A stretch of DNA of 64,000 nucleotides from a virus: positions 8,796-72,795 of the IMG/VR virus record IMGVR_UViG_3300036768_001133; one strand, 5' to 3'. Made by a program: the position numbers and the translations under genes. Positions 36,978-47,962 of this stretch are shown piece after piece. Position 1 is the first letter of the stretch, and the number at the start of each line of letters is the position of its first letter. Under the pieces are notes generated by a model, which was given only the letters and a program-made list of their open reading frames with translations, was not told the DNA's origin and did no database searches.

Positions 36978-39900
36978 TTAAAAAGGTAAATCTTCTTTTT
37001 CTATTGTTCCTGTTTCTGTTTCTGTTTCTGTTTCTTTTCCTGTTTCTATTGCTGTTTCTGTCCTCGTTCCTGTTTTTGTTGCTGTTACATTTTCTTTTTC
37101 TCCTGCTTTTGATGTTTTACATACATTGTCCAAGTTACTTTCTTTAATAGAAATGTTAATCTTTATATCAGTTGGCTTGTCTGTTTCAAAAGTATCAAAT
37201 ATAGATACCCCCTCTATAATTTGGTTTTCAGTATTATTCATTGCTTTTACATTGTCAAAACTAAATCCTGCTATTACTTCATATATTAACTCATTACTTT
37301 TTACATCTTCTATTTTTCTCTTATTGTTTTCTGAAATATACAAGTTAATATATTTCAAATGATTAGCATAAATATTAAATATAGTATTCTCTGAAACACT
37401 TTTTAAGACACTCAATAAATCATTTCCTAATATATGATTTTCTTTATTTATTATTGAAATAGCTCCATATACATTTTCATAACTAACAGTATCATCTTGC
37501 TTCATTTTCTTTAGTATATTAACATACCTTCTTGCAAGACTTCTTGCCGTTTTTGACATAATTTTTTTTGCTCTTTTATCTACTTCTTCTTCTTCTTCTT
37601 CTGTTTCTTTCAGTAAATCTACTAAAAATTTATTAAAACCTGAATCTTTATTCTTTTCTAAAATATCTTTAATGAAAATATTTTCAAGCGTATTTTCCAT
37701 ACTAAGCCTATTTTTCAAACCATCCGAAGTTATTATTTTAATAACTTCATTTCCCGACAAACCTATTCTTCCTGCACCAAAAAACTTAGCTAATAATTGT
37801 CTTTCATATTCGTTTAATTGTTTGTCAATAATTGGTATTTGTTTTATATACTTAAAAGCAGAAATAACCTTACCTTTGTTTTCATCACTTAATTGGTCTA
37901 TGTTTTTGGCTTTCATTTGCACTAATACTGCTTTTCGGTTTTTTACTGCTTCTTTTAAGATATTACTTGCCTTTTCATATTTTTTATTTTTTATCTCTCG
38001 ATTGTAATTTAATTTTGTTTTAATATCTATAAATTGAGGTACATATAAATATCCATTTACAGAAAGATAAGGATAACTGGCTGAACTTTGTACATAATCC
38101 TTTAATGTTGTAATATTTCCTGTACTTGCTACATACCTGCCAAAAAATCTATCATCAGGCGAAACTTCATATTGTATATCTATAATCTTTCCATTGTCTA
38201 TAAACTTGTCAAATATACTATTATTTTCATTCCTATTTTTACTTAACCTTACTAAACCTATTAGCTTGCCTTCATATTTAATATTTATAGCATAAAACTC
38301 ATTTCTTCCCGTACCAAATACTTTAAAAGTATTTCCTTCTTTAATAGGCTCTAATGTAATAGATACATTATTTCCTTCTTCTAAACTACTTATGAACGAA
38401 TTGTAAGCATCATTATCAAGTTTAAAGGTTAATCCTGTACTTGCTTCATTTACATATTCAAAAACTCCTTCATAAGTAGAACCATAGAAATATCTATCGA
38501 AAGCATCAGATATAGCTGTTAATAGATTGTTTTCATCATCATCAGCTTTCTTTTCTTCTCCTTCTTCTAATTGTTTTAAGTCTTCATATACTCTATAATG
38601 TATATCAAAATCCCCTAATGCTATATCTCCTACATATATTTGCCTTAACTTACCATCTATCGTTACATAGTTAATATTGTCTTTATCTCTTGTAATAGTA
38701 CCTGCTTTAACTTTTGAAAATATAAAGTTATATATCTCTTTTATTAGATTTTTTTCAATATCTCTTATTTCATTCTCATTTAACTCTTCTTCTGTTTTTC
38801 CTCCTTGTGTTGTAGATTTAGCAGTTTTTGCTTTTTTATCTACAGCAGTTTTTGCTTTTTTATTTCTTGCTTTTTTATTTCTTGCTTTTTTATCTACAGC
38901 AGTAACAACTTTTATTTCTCCATTTCTTTCTTTTTTCTCTATACTTATATTACTTGATTGCAATTTACCAAATTCAAGCGATAACTCCTCTTGCATTTTG
39001 TTTTTTTCTAAACTTGGAAATATTACTATACCTTCCTTATCAACTTCTTTGACATTTTTCTTTAAGTTATCTATAATACTATCTACTGATTTTACATAGT
39101 CTTCTTGTCCCGTAAAATCACTATTAACAACAATAATACTATGTTTGCCTCTTGATAAAGCAACATACAAAGCAGATTTTATTTGTTCAGCTGTAAAATC
39201 AACATCTACATCTTGTATCTTTTTTGTATAAACTTTATTTACTCCTGATTGCAAATTATTGATAACGTTAATAGCTTGCATAAGGGCTTTTATATCTATA
39301 ATTACGCTTTGTCTTTCTTGCCCTTGATTAGGATATACTGCATTTAGTATTTCATCAAAACTATAATAAGTAAAGGCTTGTTGGTCATTACCACTTGTTT
39401 TATGATGATATACTATCTGTCCATATTGCTCTTTACTTGCATTAAATTCTTGATTGTTTAAAAATACAATTCCTTGATGAACAATATCGCTATTTACGTT
39501 AAGATGACTTTTTAAGTTTAGTCCATCAAAGAAATTGTTAATATTTATATTGTCTAATTTTAAGACAGCTAATACACGTTCTAAAAAGTTAGCTATCACT
39601 TCATTTTCAAAACGCAAAGGTACATTGACAGAAAAATTGCCTTCTATTAGATCACTTTTTATATTAAATATACTAGTGCTATTTGCAATTTCTTGCTCTC
39701 TATAAAATTGATGTCTGTCTCCTACTAATACAAAATTAGGTTTATTTAACCAATTTTCAGAGGCTAATGTATATTCATCAACAATATAGATTGTATTTTC
39801 TTTGTTTGTATCTAATCCTTGATAATTTGGCTCATTGTATTGCAAGCTGTTAGCACCTTTATAGGGCGATATAGTTTCTGCACCTGCTAATACTTTGTTA

Positions 39901-42900
39901 TTATTACTATGATTGATATACACTACATTAAAATTAGCATTCTGTAATAACTTGTTAAACATTTCTAACATAGTAGTTTTCCCTACTCCTGCAACAGCGT
40001 GTATAGTATTAAGATATGTTCCTGGGATTTGTTTTGCTTTATTATTTTCTTCTAAAAGTTTTTCATACAAAATTTTTTCTGCTTCTTCTATTTCTACTAC
40101 AGAATATATGCTATTACCTGAACTATCTTTGGTTTCTGTAATCTTTAATCTATTTTGCAATAGGATATGAGCAAATTTTTCATACAATACCATTATTTGT
40201 TCTAATGTAGGTACTATATTAGTATCTTTGATACTACCCATAAGGTAGTTGTAAAAAGTATCGATAGGTAATACAAGAAACGGAGTTAGTACAATAGATT
40301 GGTTTTGGTTAATAGTGTTTATACTATCTTCTGTACTATACTTTTGTATTACATTGTTTTGTATTTCTAATAATGTATCAGTAGGACTATTAAGGTTAGA
40401 TATATTATATCCATCAGGTAATATATCTAATGACATCATTTTTTCTGCTATATTTTTTACTGCCATTACATAGTTATTACGTATCTTTAACAATCTCACA
40501 TCTGTTGTAGATTGTATTAAGTATTTTACTACTTTTAGTTCTTTTATTAGTTCATATTCATCTTCACTATTGCTAATAACTGCACGTACATCTTTTACTT
40601 CTTGGGGATATTTATTAAAGAAATCTGCTCTATCTTCTAATATATTGATGTACTTCTTTTCTATGGTCGTAGCCAAATCTTTTTGTGAAAGAATGCTTTG
40701 AGATATATCTATAAATTCAGAAAACTGAATAATAGTATCTATCTCTTTTATAATTTTACTTGCTTCTTCTACATCTAACTTTTGTCCATTTTGTAAGTTT
40801 TTGTATATTTCTGTATAGAATTGCCTAAAAGGTTTATTTTTATACTTTTCTAAATATTCGTTTCCTAATAGATTTTTTGTCAATAGTTTAAGAATATAAT
40901 CTTCTTTACCAAAATAATTAGGTTGTATATCAATGTTTTTTAGCTCATCTGATAAAGATTGAACTTTCTGTATTTCGTTTCTAATTTTTTCTTTTTGCTC
41001 ATCATAATTTTGCAATAACTTATACCAAGTAGTTTTTGAAATATCAACATTACTTATTTGACCGTCTATTATCTCTTCACCTTGTAATATTTGATAAAAA
41101 ACAGAAATAGTATTGTTATCACCAAGATTTCTATAAGAAATGTCAAAACCACCTCCAGGAAAATCTATAATAATTAAATCATCTTGTTCTATTGTTACAT
41201 CTCCAATCTTTAATTCAGGATTGCTTAAAAAGCTAATTGCAACATCAATATTCTGTTTAATAACATCATTATCAATATTATCTTTGGCAGTTTCAAATAA
41301 AAGTTTTAAGTTTTCTGTAAGGTTTTCTTTTACATTCCCTTCAAATATTCTATTCTTTTCTTTGTTTACATTTTCTAATACTCTATTATTTTCTAATACT
41401 ATATTATTTAGATTTTGAATTGATGTATCTAATACAGACTTTAATCTAACATCTATTAGACCATCTTTTCTTTTATCTAATATATCCTTGATAGAAATTG
41501 CAATATCCTGTACTTGTGTTTTATTTACTATATCATTATATTCTTGCTCTATGCTATTATACTCATCTGAAATAAACCTACCATATTCGGATAAAAAATT
41601 ACTTATATTAGACTTGTTTTCTTTTGCATATTGTATTGTATCTACAAGAATATTAACTATATTTGCTATGTTAATATCACTATCTATATCCAAAGAAAAT
41701 CTTTCTGATAATAGCTTAAAAATATAACTGCTATCTTTATGTCTTGCTAAATCCATTAACATATCTATAATAGCAGATTTAGCCTTCATATCCTTCATTT
41801 CTTCTTCCAACACAAACTTATTTAAATTCCTACGCATTTGTAATTTAGCTAATAGCTTACCACCATTAGATAAACTATTATACTTAATATCCCTACCAGT
41901 ATAATGGAACATATGATTGTTTATCTCATTACCTTCTTCGCCCAAATCCCTTACATCATATCTATATGTAGATTTTTTACTTTTTACAATAAAATAATCT
42001 CCCTCTAATGTACCATTTACAAATAATACACTCTCCCTTGTCTTGTCTGTTTTTGGATAACTAAACCCATAATCCTCCAATATATCTGCTATCCTATTAG
42101 CAAATTTATCTCTTTCTACCTCTCTTTTGCCAAAAGATATGCTATTTATATCACTTTCTACTTCCCTATCTATATTTTCAAATTTATCATTTAATACATT
42201 CTTGTATTCTCCTATCAAATTGTTAGCTTCTTTTTCTAATAATAATTTTTTCTCTTCTTCTCTTTTTTCTTTCTCTTCTGCTGTTTCTGCTACAGCTGTT
42301 GTTTCTGCTTCTTTTGTTTCTGCTTCTTTTGTTTCTGCTACTTTTGTTTCTGCTTCTTTCTTTTTTCTTTCTAACTCCCTTAATAACTTATTCTTTACTA
42401 ATCCTTCTACATTACTATCTACATTAGATAAATCTAACTTTAATACTATATCCTTTAAATTCTGCAATCCATTTTCAAACTCTTCTCTACTAATACGCCC
42501 TTCTACAAAATCATTTTTTATGCTTTCTGCTTCCTTTGCTAAAAACTCTTTTTTCTCCAACAACTCTTCTGTTTTATGTTTCTTTATAGCTTCTATAAAA
42601 CTACTTTTACCACTATCACTTATATTTAAATCATTTATCTTTCCATTGTTTTTCGCTCTCTCTATATTGCTATAAAGTACCCTATTATACATATCATCAT
42701 TTAAATCTCCTTTACTAAATATTACTTCATTAGCAAATACGTGTTTGCTCGCATCATACTTTACAAATCCTGATTTTTCATAATCCCTGTTATCACTATC
42801 TATATCTATATCAATAGCTTTCCCTGCATCTTTTCTATCTATCTCTTTTACCCATAAATTCCCTTCCTTATCTTTTACTATCGGTCTTGCTAATGTCTTA

Positions 42901-45626
42901 CCACTCCCTATGCTATCCAAAGCATAATTCTCTGCAAGTGAAAACTCATCTAAATAACCCTTTACTAATCCTTGTCTAATCTTTCTAATATCTTCTCCTA
43001 ATTGCTCATTGCCACTAAAATTAGCAATTAGCTTTTCTACATCTTTATTTTTTCCTCCATAAAACAAACCATCTTTTTTATTTTTCTGCCTTTCTATATG
43101 CTCATTTACTAACTTCTGCTCAATAGCATCTATTTCTGCTAATGCACTCTTATACACAAAATCATTTGCAGTCATCTTTTTATCCCCCTCTTTTATTACA
43201 TTTCCATACACATCTGTTGTCGTTGAAGCTAATTTCCCCTCTTTCCAAGAACCCTGCAAAGATTGTAATAACTCATCTTTCTTGCCCAAAGCTATATAGC
43301 TTGCCGCCATCTCTGAAAAATCATCAAAAGTAGTTTTACTTAAAGCCCTTTGTGTGTTGTTAAAAAATCTATTCCGTACAGTATTAGGTATTCCTAATGC
43401 TCCTGTACTTAATGTTGAAAGTACAAATGTTGAAGCAAGCTCATCAAAATTTATATCATCATCTAACTCTTTCTTCCCCTCATCTTTAATAAACATATTG
43501 TAAAACTTGTTACTTAACTTAAAACCCAATTCTTCTGAACTTTCCTGTATCCCCTCTCCAATAGCTTGTGGTGCTTTTTGTAAAGTATTTACAAGTCCTT
43601 TTGTGTATTTACTGATAATATTAGTTTTTAATAATTCTTTTTCTGCTTCTGTCTTTACATTCTGCATACCACTTAAATACTCATCTGCCATTGAACGCAT
43701 AATATTATCATATTTCTTTTTTAATACTTTATTACCTGAAAGTAATTTTTCACTTATATCTCCTCCTATTAACCGCATTGTACCCCTTGTTACCAAGGAA
43801 TACATTGTCCCTAATGTATGAGCATCTTCATCTGAATGTCCATTTGTCATTGCTTCATTATATCCTTGCATATACGACATCTGTCCAAATAATAATCCTG
43901 ATGATACAGCATAAGGATTTGTACCATATACACCTTTTACTACTGAACCTACACCTTTTGCAAAAGAATTATTTGTTATTCCTCTAATAATAGAATTATT
44001 TAATACGGGATTAGTTAATAGTTTTAATCCTTTAATACCTAAGTTTATTGCTTTTCCTGCTAACCCTACTACGGGAATAGAAACTAATTGCTGACCTAAT
44101 ATTTCTGTTACACCACCAAGTAGTTTAGAAAGTGAAAAATCCCCTGAACTATCTTTATAGATAGCGCTAAATCCTGTACTTAAATCACGACTAAAATCTG
44201 TACCTGCCTTTGATAAAAACTCATCATAGTAAGGTCTATCTCTCTTAGGATTGTAAAAACCCAAAGATAACATACTTGCCGTAGTAGTAAATGGATTTTC
44301 TCTGAATTGTTTAATAACATCAAGAGATGAAGCTATACCTGCTACTGCTCTATCTCCTATGTATTCCCAAAATCCCTTTTCTAAATCAGGTCTTGCACCT
44401 TGTACTTTCAAAGTCAATGCTCCATCTTCTTTCCTACGCTTTTCTACCTGACCAATAGTAGTAACCATAGGCATACCTTCACCATATCTATTTGTATAAG
44501 GATTGTAAGGATTTAACCCTAACTTAGCTAAAAAAGCCTGACCTTTCTTATACAATGTATCCCCCTCTTCCTTTTCTATTAAACTCTTAATGTTTTCATC
44601 TTTGCTTGCATAAGCCATTAGTACATCTATATTCCTTGCATTTGTAGTTATCTTTTCTTCTTCTTCTTCTTCTTCTTCTGTATATGATGAAAAAATCCAA
44701 GTAGGTACTTTTTCTATATATGATGAAAAAATCCCAGTAGGTACTTTGTTTGTCAATTCAAAGAATAATTCTACCGATTTATCTAATGCTTTATTTTCAC
44801 TTACTCCAAATTTTTTATACAAATCTTCATCTTTCCCTAAACTATCTAATGAATAATTGCCATCTAAATTGTTAATATAAGAATAACCTCTATCTAATTG
44901 CTTTAAGGCTTCTTGTATATCTTTCGTAAGTGTAGCATCAGGAACGTTTCTTAACTCAACAGGTAAAGGCGAGTATTCTGCATCTTTTGGTAACATAGAG
45001 CCTAAATAATCTGCAACATTTTCTCCCTGCAAAGATATTTTCCCTAATTCATTATCTAAATTGATAGTCAATTTTAAGTCTTTAGCTGTTCTTGGGTTAT
45101 AGTCATATACAATAAAACCTTGATTATTATTAAACAAATTAAAAATGTTTCCTACATTTTTTAAGGCTGATAGCTCTTTATCTTCTTCTTCTTCTCCTGT
45201 TTTAGTTTCTATTTTAGCTCCTTTTTGAAGTTTAGGAATATCATTTCCCTGGTTTTCCTCTTTCAGCTCATCATCTTGTCTTAATAATCTTTCTTTTTCT
45301 AACTCTTCTAATAACAATTCTTCCAAAGTAATAGGTCTTACATCATATTCTCCTATATGCTTTAAGAAATTTTTGTATTTACTTAATTTGTTTTGTACTT
45401 CCTTTTCAGACAATCCCCTGTCTAATAATGTATTTTTTACACTATCTTCATCATATTCTACTCTATTCCAATTTAACAAAGGATAAGATTTTGTGCTAAT
45501 GACAAAGTCAATAGCATCTTGTTTGTCTAAATTGTCGTAATCAATCTTTTCTAAAAACTTATTAAAATCAAAATGTAAGTCTTTATCACGTATAAAAAGC
45601 ACTTGGGGGTCTATATCTCTAAACAT
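36978..45626 (-). CDS. Giant virion cargo protein with an SF1 helicase domain (2882 aa)
   Basis: Walker A AVAGVGKTT, Walker B IVDEY, motif III LVGDRHQ, motif V NQGQE, motif VI LYVALSRGK; N-terminal GEGIQESSEE ejection-protein-like region; C-terminus EDLPF. Confidence 0.8.
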   Translation of the reverse strand: MFRDIDPQVLFIRDKDLHFDFNKFLEKIDYDNLDKQDAIDFVISTKSYPLLNWNRVEYDEDSVKNTLLDRGLSEKEVQNKLSKYKNFLKHIGEYDVRPITLEELLLEELEKERLLRQDDELKEENQGNDIPKLQKGAKIETKTGEEEEDKELSALKNVGNIFNLFNNNQGFIVYDYNPRTAKDLKLTINLDNELGKISLQGENVADYLGSMLPKDAEYSPLPVELRNVPDATLTKDIQEALKQLDRGYSYINNLDGNYSLDSLGKDEDLYKKFGVSENKALDKSVELFFELTNKVPTGIFSSYIEKVPTWIFSSYTEEEEEEEEKITTNARNIDVLMAYASKDENIKSLIEKEEGDTLYKKGQAFLAKLGLNPYNPYTNRYGEGMPMVTTIGQVEKRRKEDGALTLKVQGARPDLEKGFWEYIGDRAVAGIASSLDVIKQFRENPFTTTASMLSLGFYNPKRDRPYYDEFLSKAGTDFSRDLSTGFSAIYKDSSGDFSLSKLLGGVTEILGQQLVSIPVVGLAGKAINLGIKGLKLLTNPVLNNSIIRGITNNSFAKGVGSVVKGVYGTNPYAVSSGLLFGQMSYMQGYNEAMTNGHSDEDAHTLGTMYSLVTRGTMRLIGGDISEKLLSGNKVLKKKYDNIMRSMADEYLSGMQNVKTEAEKELLKTNIISKYTKGLVNTLQKAPQAIGEGIQESSEELGFKLSNKFYNMFIKDEGKKELDDDINFDELASTFVLSTLSTGALGIPNTVRNRFFNNTQRALSKTTFDDFSEMAASYIALGKKDELLQSLQGSWKEGKLASTTTDVYGNVIKEGDKKMTANDFVYKSALAEIDAIEQKLVNEHIERQKNKKDGLFYGGKNKDVEKLIANFSGNEQLGEDIRKIRQGLVKGYLDEFSLAENYALDSIGSGKTLARPIVKDKEGNLWVKEIDRKDAGKAIDIDIDSDNRDYEKSGFVKYDASKHVFANEVIFSKGDLNDDMYNRVLYSNIERAKNNGKINDLNISDSGKSSFIEAIKKHKTEELLEKKEFLAKEAESIKNDFVEGRISREEFENGLQNLKDIVLKLDLSNVDSNVEGLVKNKLLRELERKKKEAETKVAETKEAETKEAETTAVAETAEEKEKREEEKKLLLEKEANNLIGEYKNVLNDKFENIDREVESDINSISFGKREVERDKFANRIADILEDYGFSYPKTDKTRESVLFVNGTLEGDYFIVKSKKSTYRYDVRDLGEEGNEINNHMFHYTGRDIKYNSLSNGGKLLAKLQMRRNLNKFVLEEEMKDMKAKSAIIDMLMDLARHKDSSYIFKLLSERFSLDIDSDINIANIVNILVDTIQYAKENKSNISNFLSEYGRFISDEYNSIEQEYNDIVNKTQVQDIAISIKDILDKRKDGLIDVRLKSVLDTSIQNLNNIVLENNRVLENVNKEKNRIFEGNVKENLTENLKLLFETAKDNIDNDVIKQNIDVAISFLSNPELKIGDVTIEQDDLIIIDFPGGGFDISYRNLGDNNTISVFYQILQGEEIIDGQISNVDISKTTWYKLLQNYDEQKEKIRNEIQKVQSLSDELKNIDIQPNYFGKEDYILKLLTKNLLGNEYLEKYKNKPFRQFYTEIYKNLQNGQKLDVEEASKIIKEIDTIIQFSEFIDISQSILSQKDLATTIEKKYINILEDRADFFNKYPQEVKDVRAVISNSEDEYELIKELKVVKYLIQSTTDVRLLKIRNNYVMAVKNIAEKMMSLDILPDGYNISNLNSPTDTLLEIQNNVIQKYSTEDSINTINQNQSIVLTPFLVLPIDTFYNYLMGSIKDTNIVPTLEQIMVLYEKFAHILLQNRLKITETKDSSGNSIYSVVEIEEAEKILYEKLLEENNKAKQIPGTYLNTIHAVAGVGKTTMLEMFNKLLQNANFNVVYINHSNNNKVLAGAETISPYKGANSLQYNEPNYQGLDTNKENTIYIVDEYTLASENWLNKPNFVLVGDRHQFYREQEIANSTSIFNIKSDLIEGNFSVNVPLRFENEVIANFLERVLAVLKLDNININNFFDGLNLKSHLNVNSDIVHQGIVFLNNQEFNASKEQYGQIVYHHKTSGNDQQAFTYYSFDEILNAVYPNQGQERQSVIIDIKALMQAINVINNLQSGVNKVYTKKIQDVDVDFTAEQIKSALYVALSRGKHSIIVVNSDFTGQEDYVKSVDSIIDNLKKNVKEVDKEGIVIFPSLEKNKMQEELSLEFGKLQSSNISIEKKERNGEIKVVTAVDKKARNKKARNKKAKTAVDKKAKTAKSTTQGGKTEEELNENEIRDIEKNLIKEIYNFIFSKVKAGTITRDKDNINYVTIDGKLRQIYVGDIALGDFDIHYRVYEDLKQLEEGEEKKADDDENNLLTAISDAFDRYFYGSTYEGVFEYVNEASTGLTFKLDNDAYNSFISSLEEGNNVSITLEPIKEGNTFKVFGTGRNEFYAINIKYEGKLIGLVRLSKNRNENNSIFDKFIDNGKIIDIQYEVSPDDRFFGRYVASTGNITTLKDYVQSSASYPYLSVNGYLYVPQFIDIKTKLNYNREIKNKKYEKASNILKEAVKNRKAVLVQMKAKNIDQLSDENKGKVISAFKYIKQIPIIDKQLNEYERQLLAKFFGAGRIGLSGNEVIKIITSDGLKNRLSMENTLENIFIKDILEKNKDSGFNKFLVDLLKETEEEEEEVDKRAKKIMSKTARSLARRYVNILKKMKQDDTVSYENVYGAISIINKENHILGNDLLSVLKSVSENTIFNIYANHLKYINLYISENNKRKIEDVKSNELIYEVIAGFSFDNVKAMNNTENQIIEGVSIFDTFETDKPTDIKINISIKESNLDNVCKTSKAGEKENVTATKTGTRTETAIETGKETETETETGTIEKEDLPF

Positions 45627-45647
45627 ATCGTTGTATTTGTCTAATTT

Positions 45648-47957
45648 TTATTTTAACCCACTTTGTATTTTACTATTATAGGGTGTATGAAATTTTATTT
45701 GATCACCATCTAAATTATTGTGCATGGTTGTATTTTCAAAATCTGTTCCTTTACCTTGGGCTTTATTACGTAACTTATCTACAAAACGTTCGTTATCGTT
45801 AATGCTTGATGTTTCCTTTTTAGCCTTTACGTTAGTAATGTTGTATTGAGTTGTGCTATTAGCTACTGCCTCAAAAAGTTTTGCATCTTTTAAATTTATA
45901 CTTTTTGTTTCTCCGTTTCTGTACGTAACATTTACAATGTAATTATTTCCATTAGCATCAGGTATAGCAGTAATAGTAGGAATAGATACCACTCCACTTT
46001 TAGTAGATATTGATGTTAAATTAGCACTTTGTACATCTGATATTGATACAACTTGTCCTTGTGGAAAACTATTTGGGTCTATTTTTACTCTTTCACCATT
46101 TTCTAATATAGCATATACCGTTCCTACGTTTTTACCAGGGACAAATCCTGAATAAGTTTTATCTCCTTCTTTTTTCTTATACAATCCATCTCTTATTCTA
46201 TCTACAAGTATTCCACTTAACCCTTCCTCTTTTCTATACACAGATACACTACCTTCTCCTTGTTTTGCATTGTCATCTATATCTGCTGAAGTTATACCAA
46301 AAAATGAAGTAGCTTCTTGCACAGACATAGCTTTCTTGTCTTCTTCTTCATATCTTGTACCTGCTCCTGTCAAAATATTATAGGCTACTGAATTAAACAA
46401 GGAATCTTCTTGTCTTGAACCACCACCACCACCTACACGTTCTAAATTAAGTGTTTCTATGTATTTATATTGTAGCTTGTCTATAAGCTCTGTCTTTTGA
46501 GCTCTAAATACGTCCATAGTATTTGTAAAGATATTTGTTCCTACAAATACGTCCATAGCTTCTAAACTACTGCCAATGTTTTGTACTACTGCATTAAATA
46601 ATTCAGGTTTCTTTAAGCTATACAAAGCTCTTAAAAAAGGTGATGAAGCAATATGATTGATAGCATAATTAGGGTCTTTCCTTAAAGCTCTAATTGCATA
46701 TTGCAAACGCAAAGGGTCTTCTTGGGCTAATAAATTAGCTAATCCTTCTGCATATTGTTTAGGTACATTTTTAGAAATTAAATCAATAGCATTTTTAATA
46801 TTATTAAACTTAAATACATCACTTTTGTCTTTATTTTTTACTATTCCCTCATAATAAGCCTTTTGTTGTAATAATCCTTCATCATTAGGGTTATTTGCTA
46901 ATTTATTTTTAATAACTTCAAGTTGTTTTTGTGCTTGTGTTATATCTTCTTCCTTTTTTAATTTCATTCCTTCTGCAAGCTTAATATATTCATTCATATC
47001 GCTGGCTACTAAACGCTTTGCCTTTTGTAAGTTAGTCTTAAAAGAATTTACTACACTTTCATTAGACATAGAAAGCAAATCTCTTTCCATATCTTCTAAA
47101 CTATTAGCATTTTGAAAAGCAGTTAATATTTTTGCTTTTACTTCTGTCATCTGCCTCAAATTATTCTCTAAATGAAAATCATAGCCTTGTCTTGTATGTA
47201 TAATAGGCGTTGCTTCAAAAAAGGTAGCTCCTATTATATAACCTCCTTCTTCACGTCCTCTTGCTTTTGTATCGCTTTTTGTATTAGTTACTTTATCTAA
47301 ATAATCGTAAAAAGACTTTTGGTCTGCTACGGTAAATGAAGTATTATTAGCCAAAGATACTCCATTTACATTGTCAGCTCTGGATATAGAACCATACAAA
47401 GGGTCTCTGTAAAATTCTGTTTGTGTATAGTACTTTACTACTTGTCCATTTGTAATAGGCATAGGAATACCTGTAGGGTCTAAGGCATAGCTATCTGATG
47501 TTTTGATAAGCTCTGTACCTGTTTTTTCAAAGTTTCTTTTATTGTCTATTGCTCTTTGTAATACTGCATTATGAACAAACTCGTTTATTTTATGATTAAG
47601 ATTGATAAAGTTTTGGTCAAAGTTTGCATAAGGATTAAATACTGCTATTTGTGTAGCTTCTCTTACTAAATTGTCAAATTGACTTAAAATAGCTTCTTTT
47701 TCAGCAGGCAGTAAGTCTTTATCTAACTTTTCTCTTAATTTACCAAAATCTAAATTAGGTTTAGGAATAGTAGGTTCTTTTAATAATTCTAATTCACTTT
47801 CTAAATCATAAGGCATATAAGGCAAAGGAACATAGTCTATTGCGTAATAGTTCATAGGGTTCCTTGGGTCATCTATGGTAGTACCATAAGGAAAATATAA
47901 ACCCCCTAAATCAAATTTTGGTATAGGTTTATTATTTACATATTTTTTGTAAGACAT
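45648..47957 (-). CDS. Putative virion cargo/ejection protein (769 aa)
   Basis: Lies between the tail stabilisation gene and the giant proteins; N-terminal KFDLGG motif. Confidence 0.65.
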   Translation of the reverse strand: MSYKKYVNNKPIPKFDLGGLYFPYGTTIDDPRNPMNYYAIDYVPLPYMPYDLESELELLKEPTIPKPNLDFGKLREKLDKDLLPAEKEAILSQFDNLVREATQIAVFNPYANFDQNFINLNHKINEFVHNAVLQRAIDNKRNFEKTGTELIKTSDSYALDPTGIPMPITNGQVVKYYTQTEFYRDPLYGSISRADNVNGVSLANNTSFTVADQKSFYDYLDKVTNTKSDTKARGREEGGYIIGATFFEATPIIHTRQGYDFHLENNLRQMTEVKAKILTAFQNANSLEDMERDLLSMSNESVVNSFKTNLQKAKRLVASDMNEYIKLAEGMKLKKEEDITQAQKQLEVIKNKLANNPNDEGLLQQKAYYEGIVKNKDKSDVFKFNNIKNAIDLISKNVPKQYAEGLANLLAQEDPLRLQYAIRALRKDPNYAINHIASSPFLRALYSLKKPELFNAVVQNIGSSLEAMDVFVGTNIFTNTMDVFRAQKTELIDKLQYKYIETLNLERVGGGGGSRQEDSLFNSVAYNILTGAGTRYEEEDKKAMSVQEATSFFGITSADIDDNAKQGEGSVSVYRKEEGLSGILVDRIRDGLYKKKEGDKTYSGFVPGKNVGTVYAILENGERVKIDPNSFPQGQVVSISDVQSANLTSISTKSGVVSIPTITAIPDANGNNYIVNVTYRNGETKSINLKDAKLFEAVANSTTQYNITNVKAKKETSSINDNERFVDKLRNKAQGKGTDFENTTMHNNLDGDQIKFHTPYNSKIQSGLK

Positions 47958-47962
47958 ACTAT

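Noticed and set aside
1127-45626. Inteins or self-splicing introns in TerL, DnaB, RNAP or the helicase
   Set aside because: Motif spacing looks normal, the ORFs are continuous, and I recognised no intein ends or homing-endonuclease motifs. A small insertion in the giant ORFs cannot be excluded by eye.
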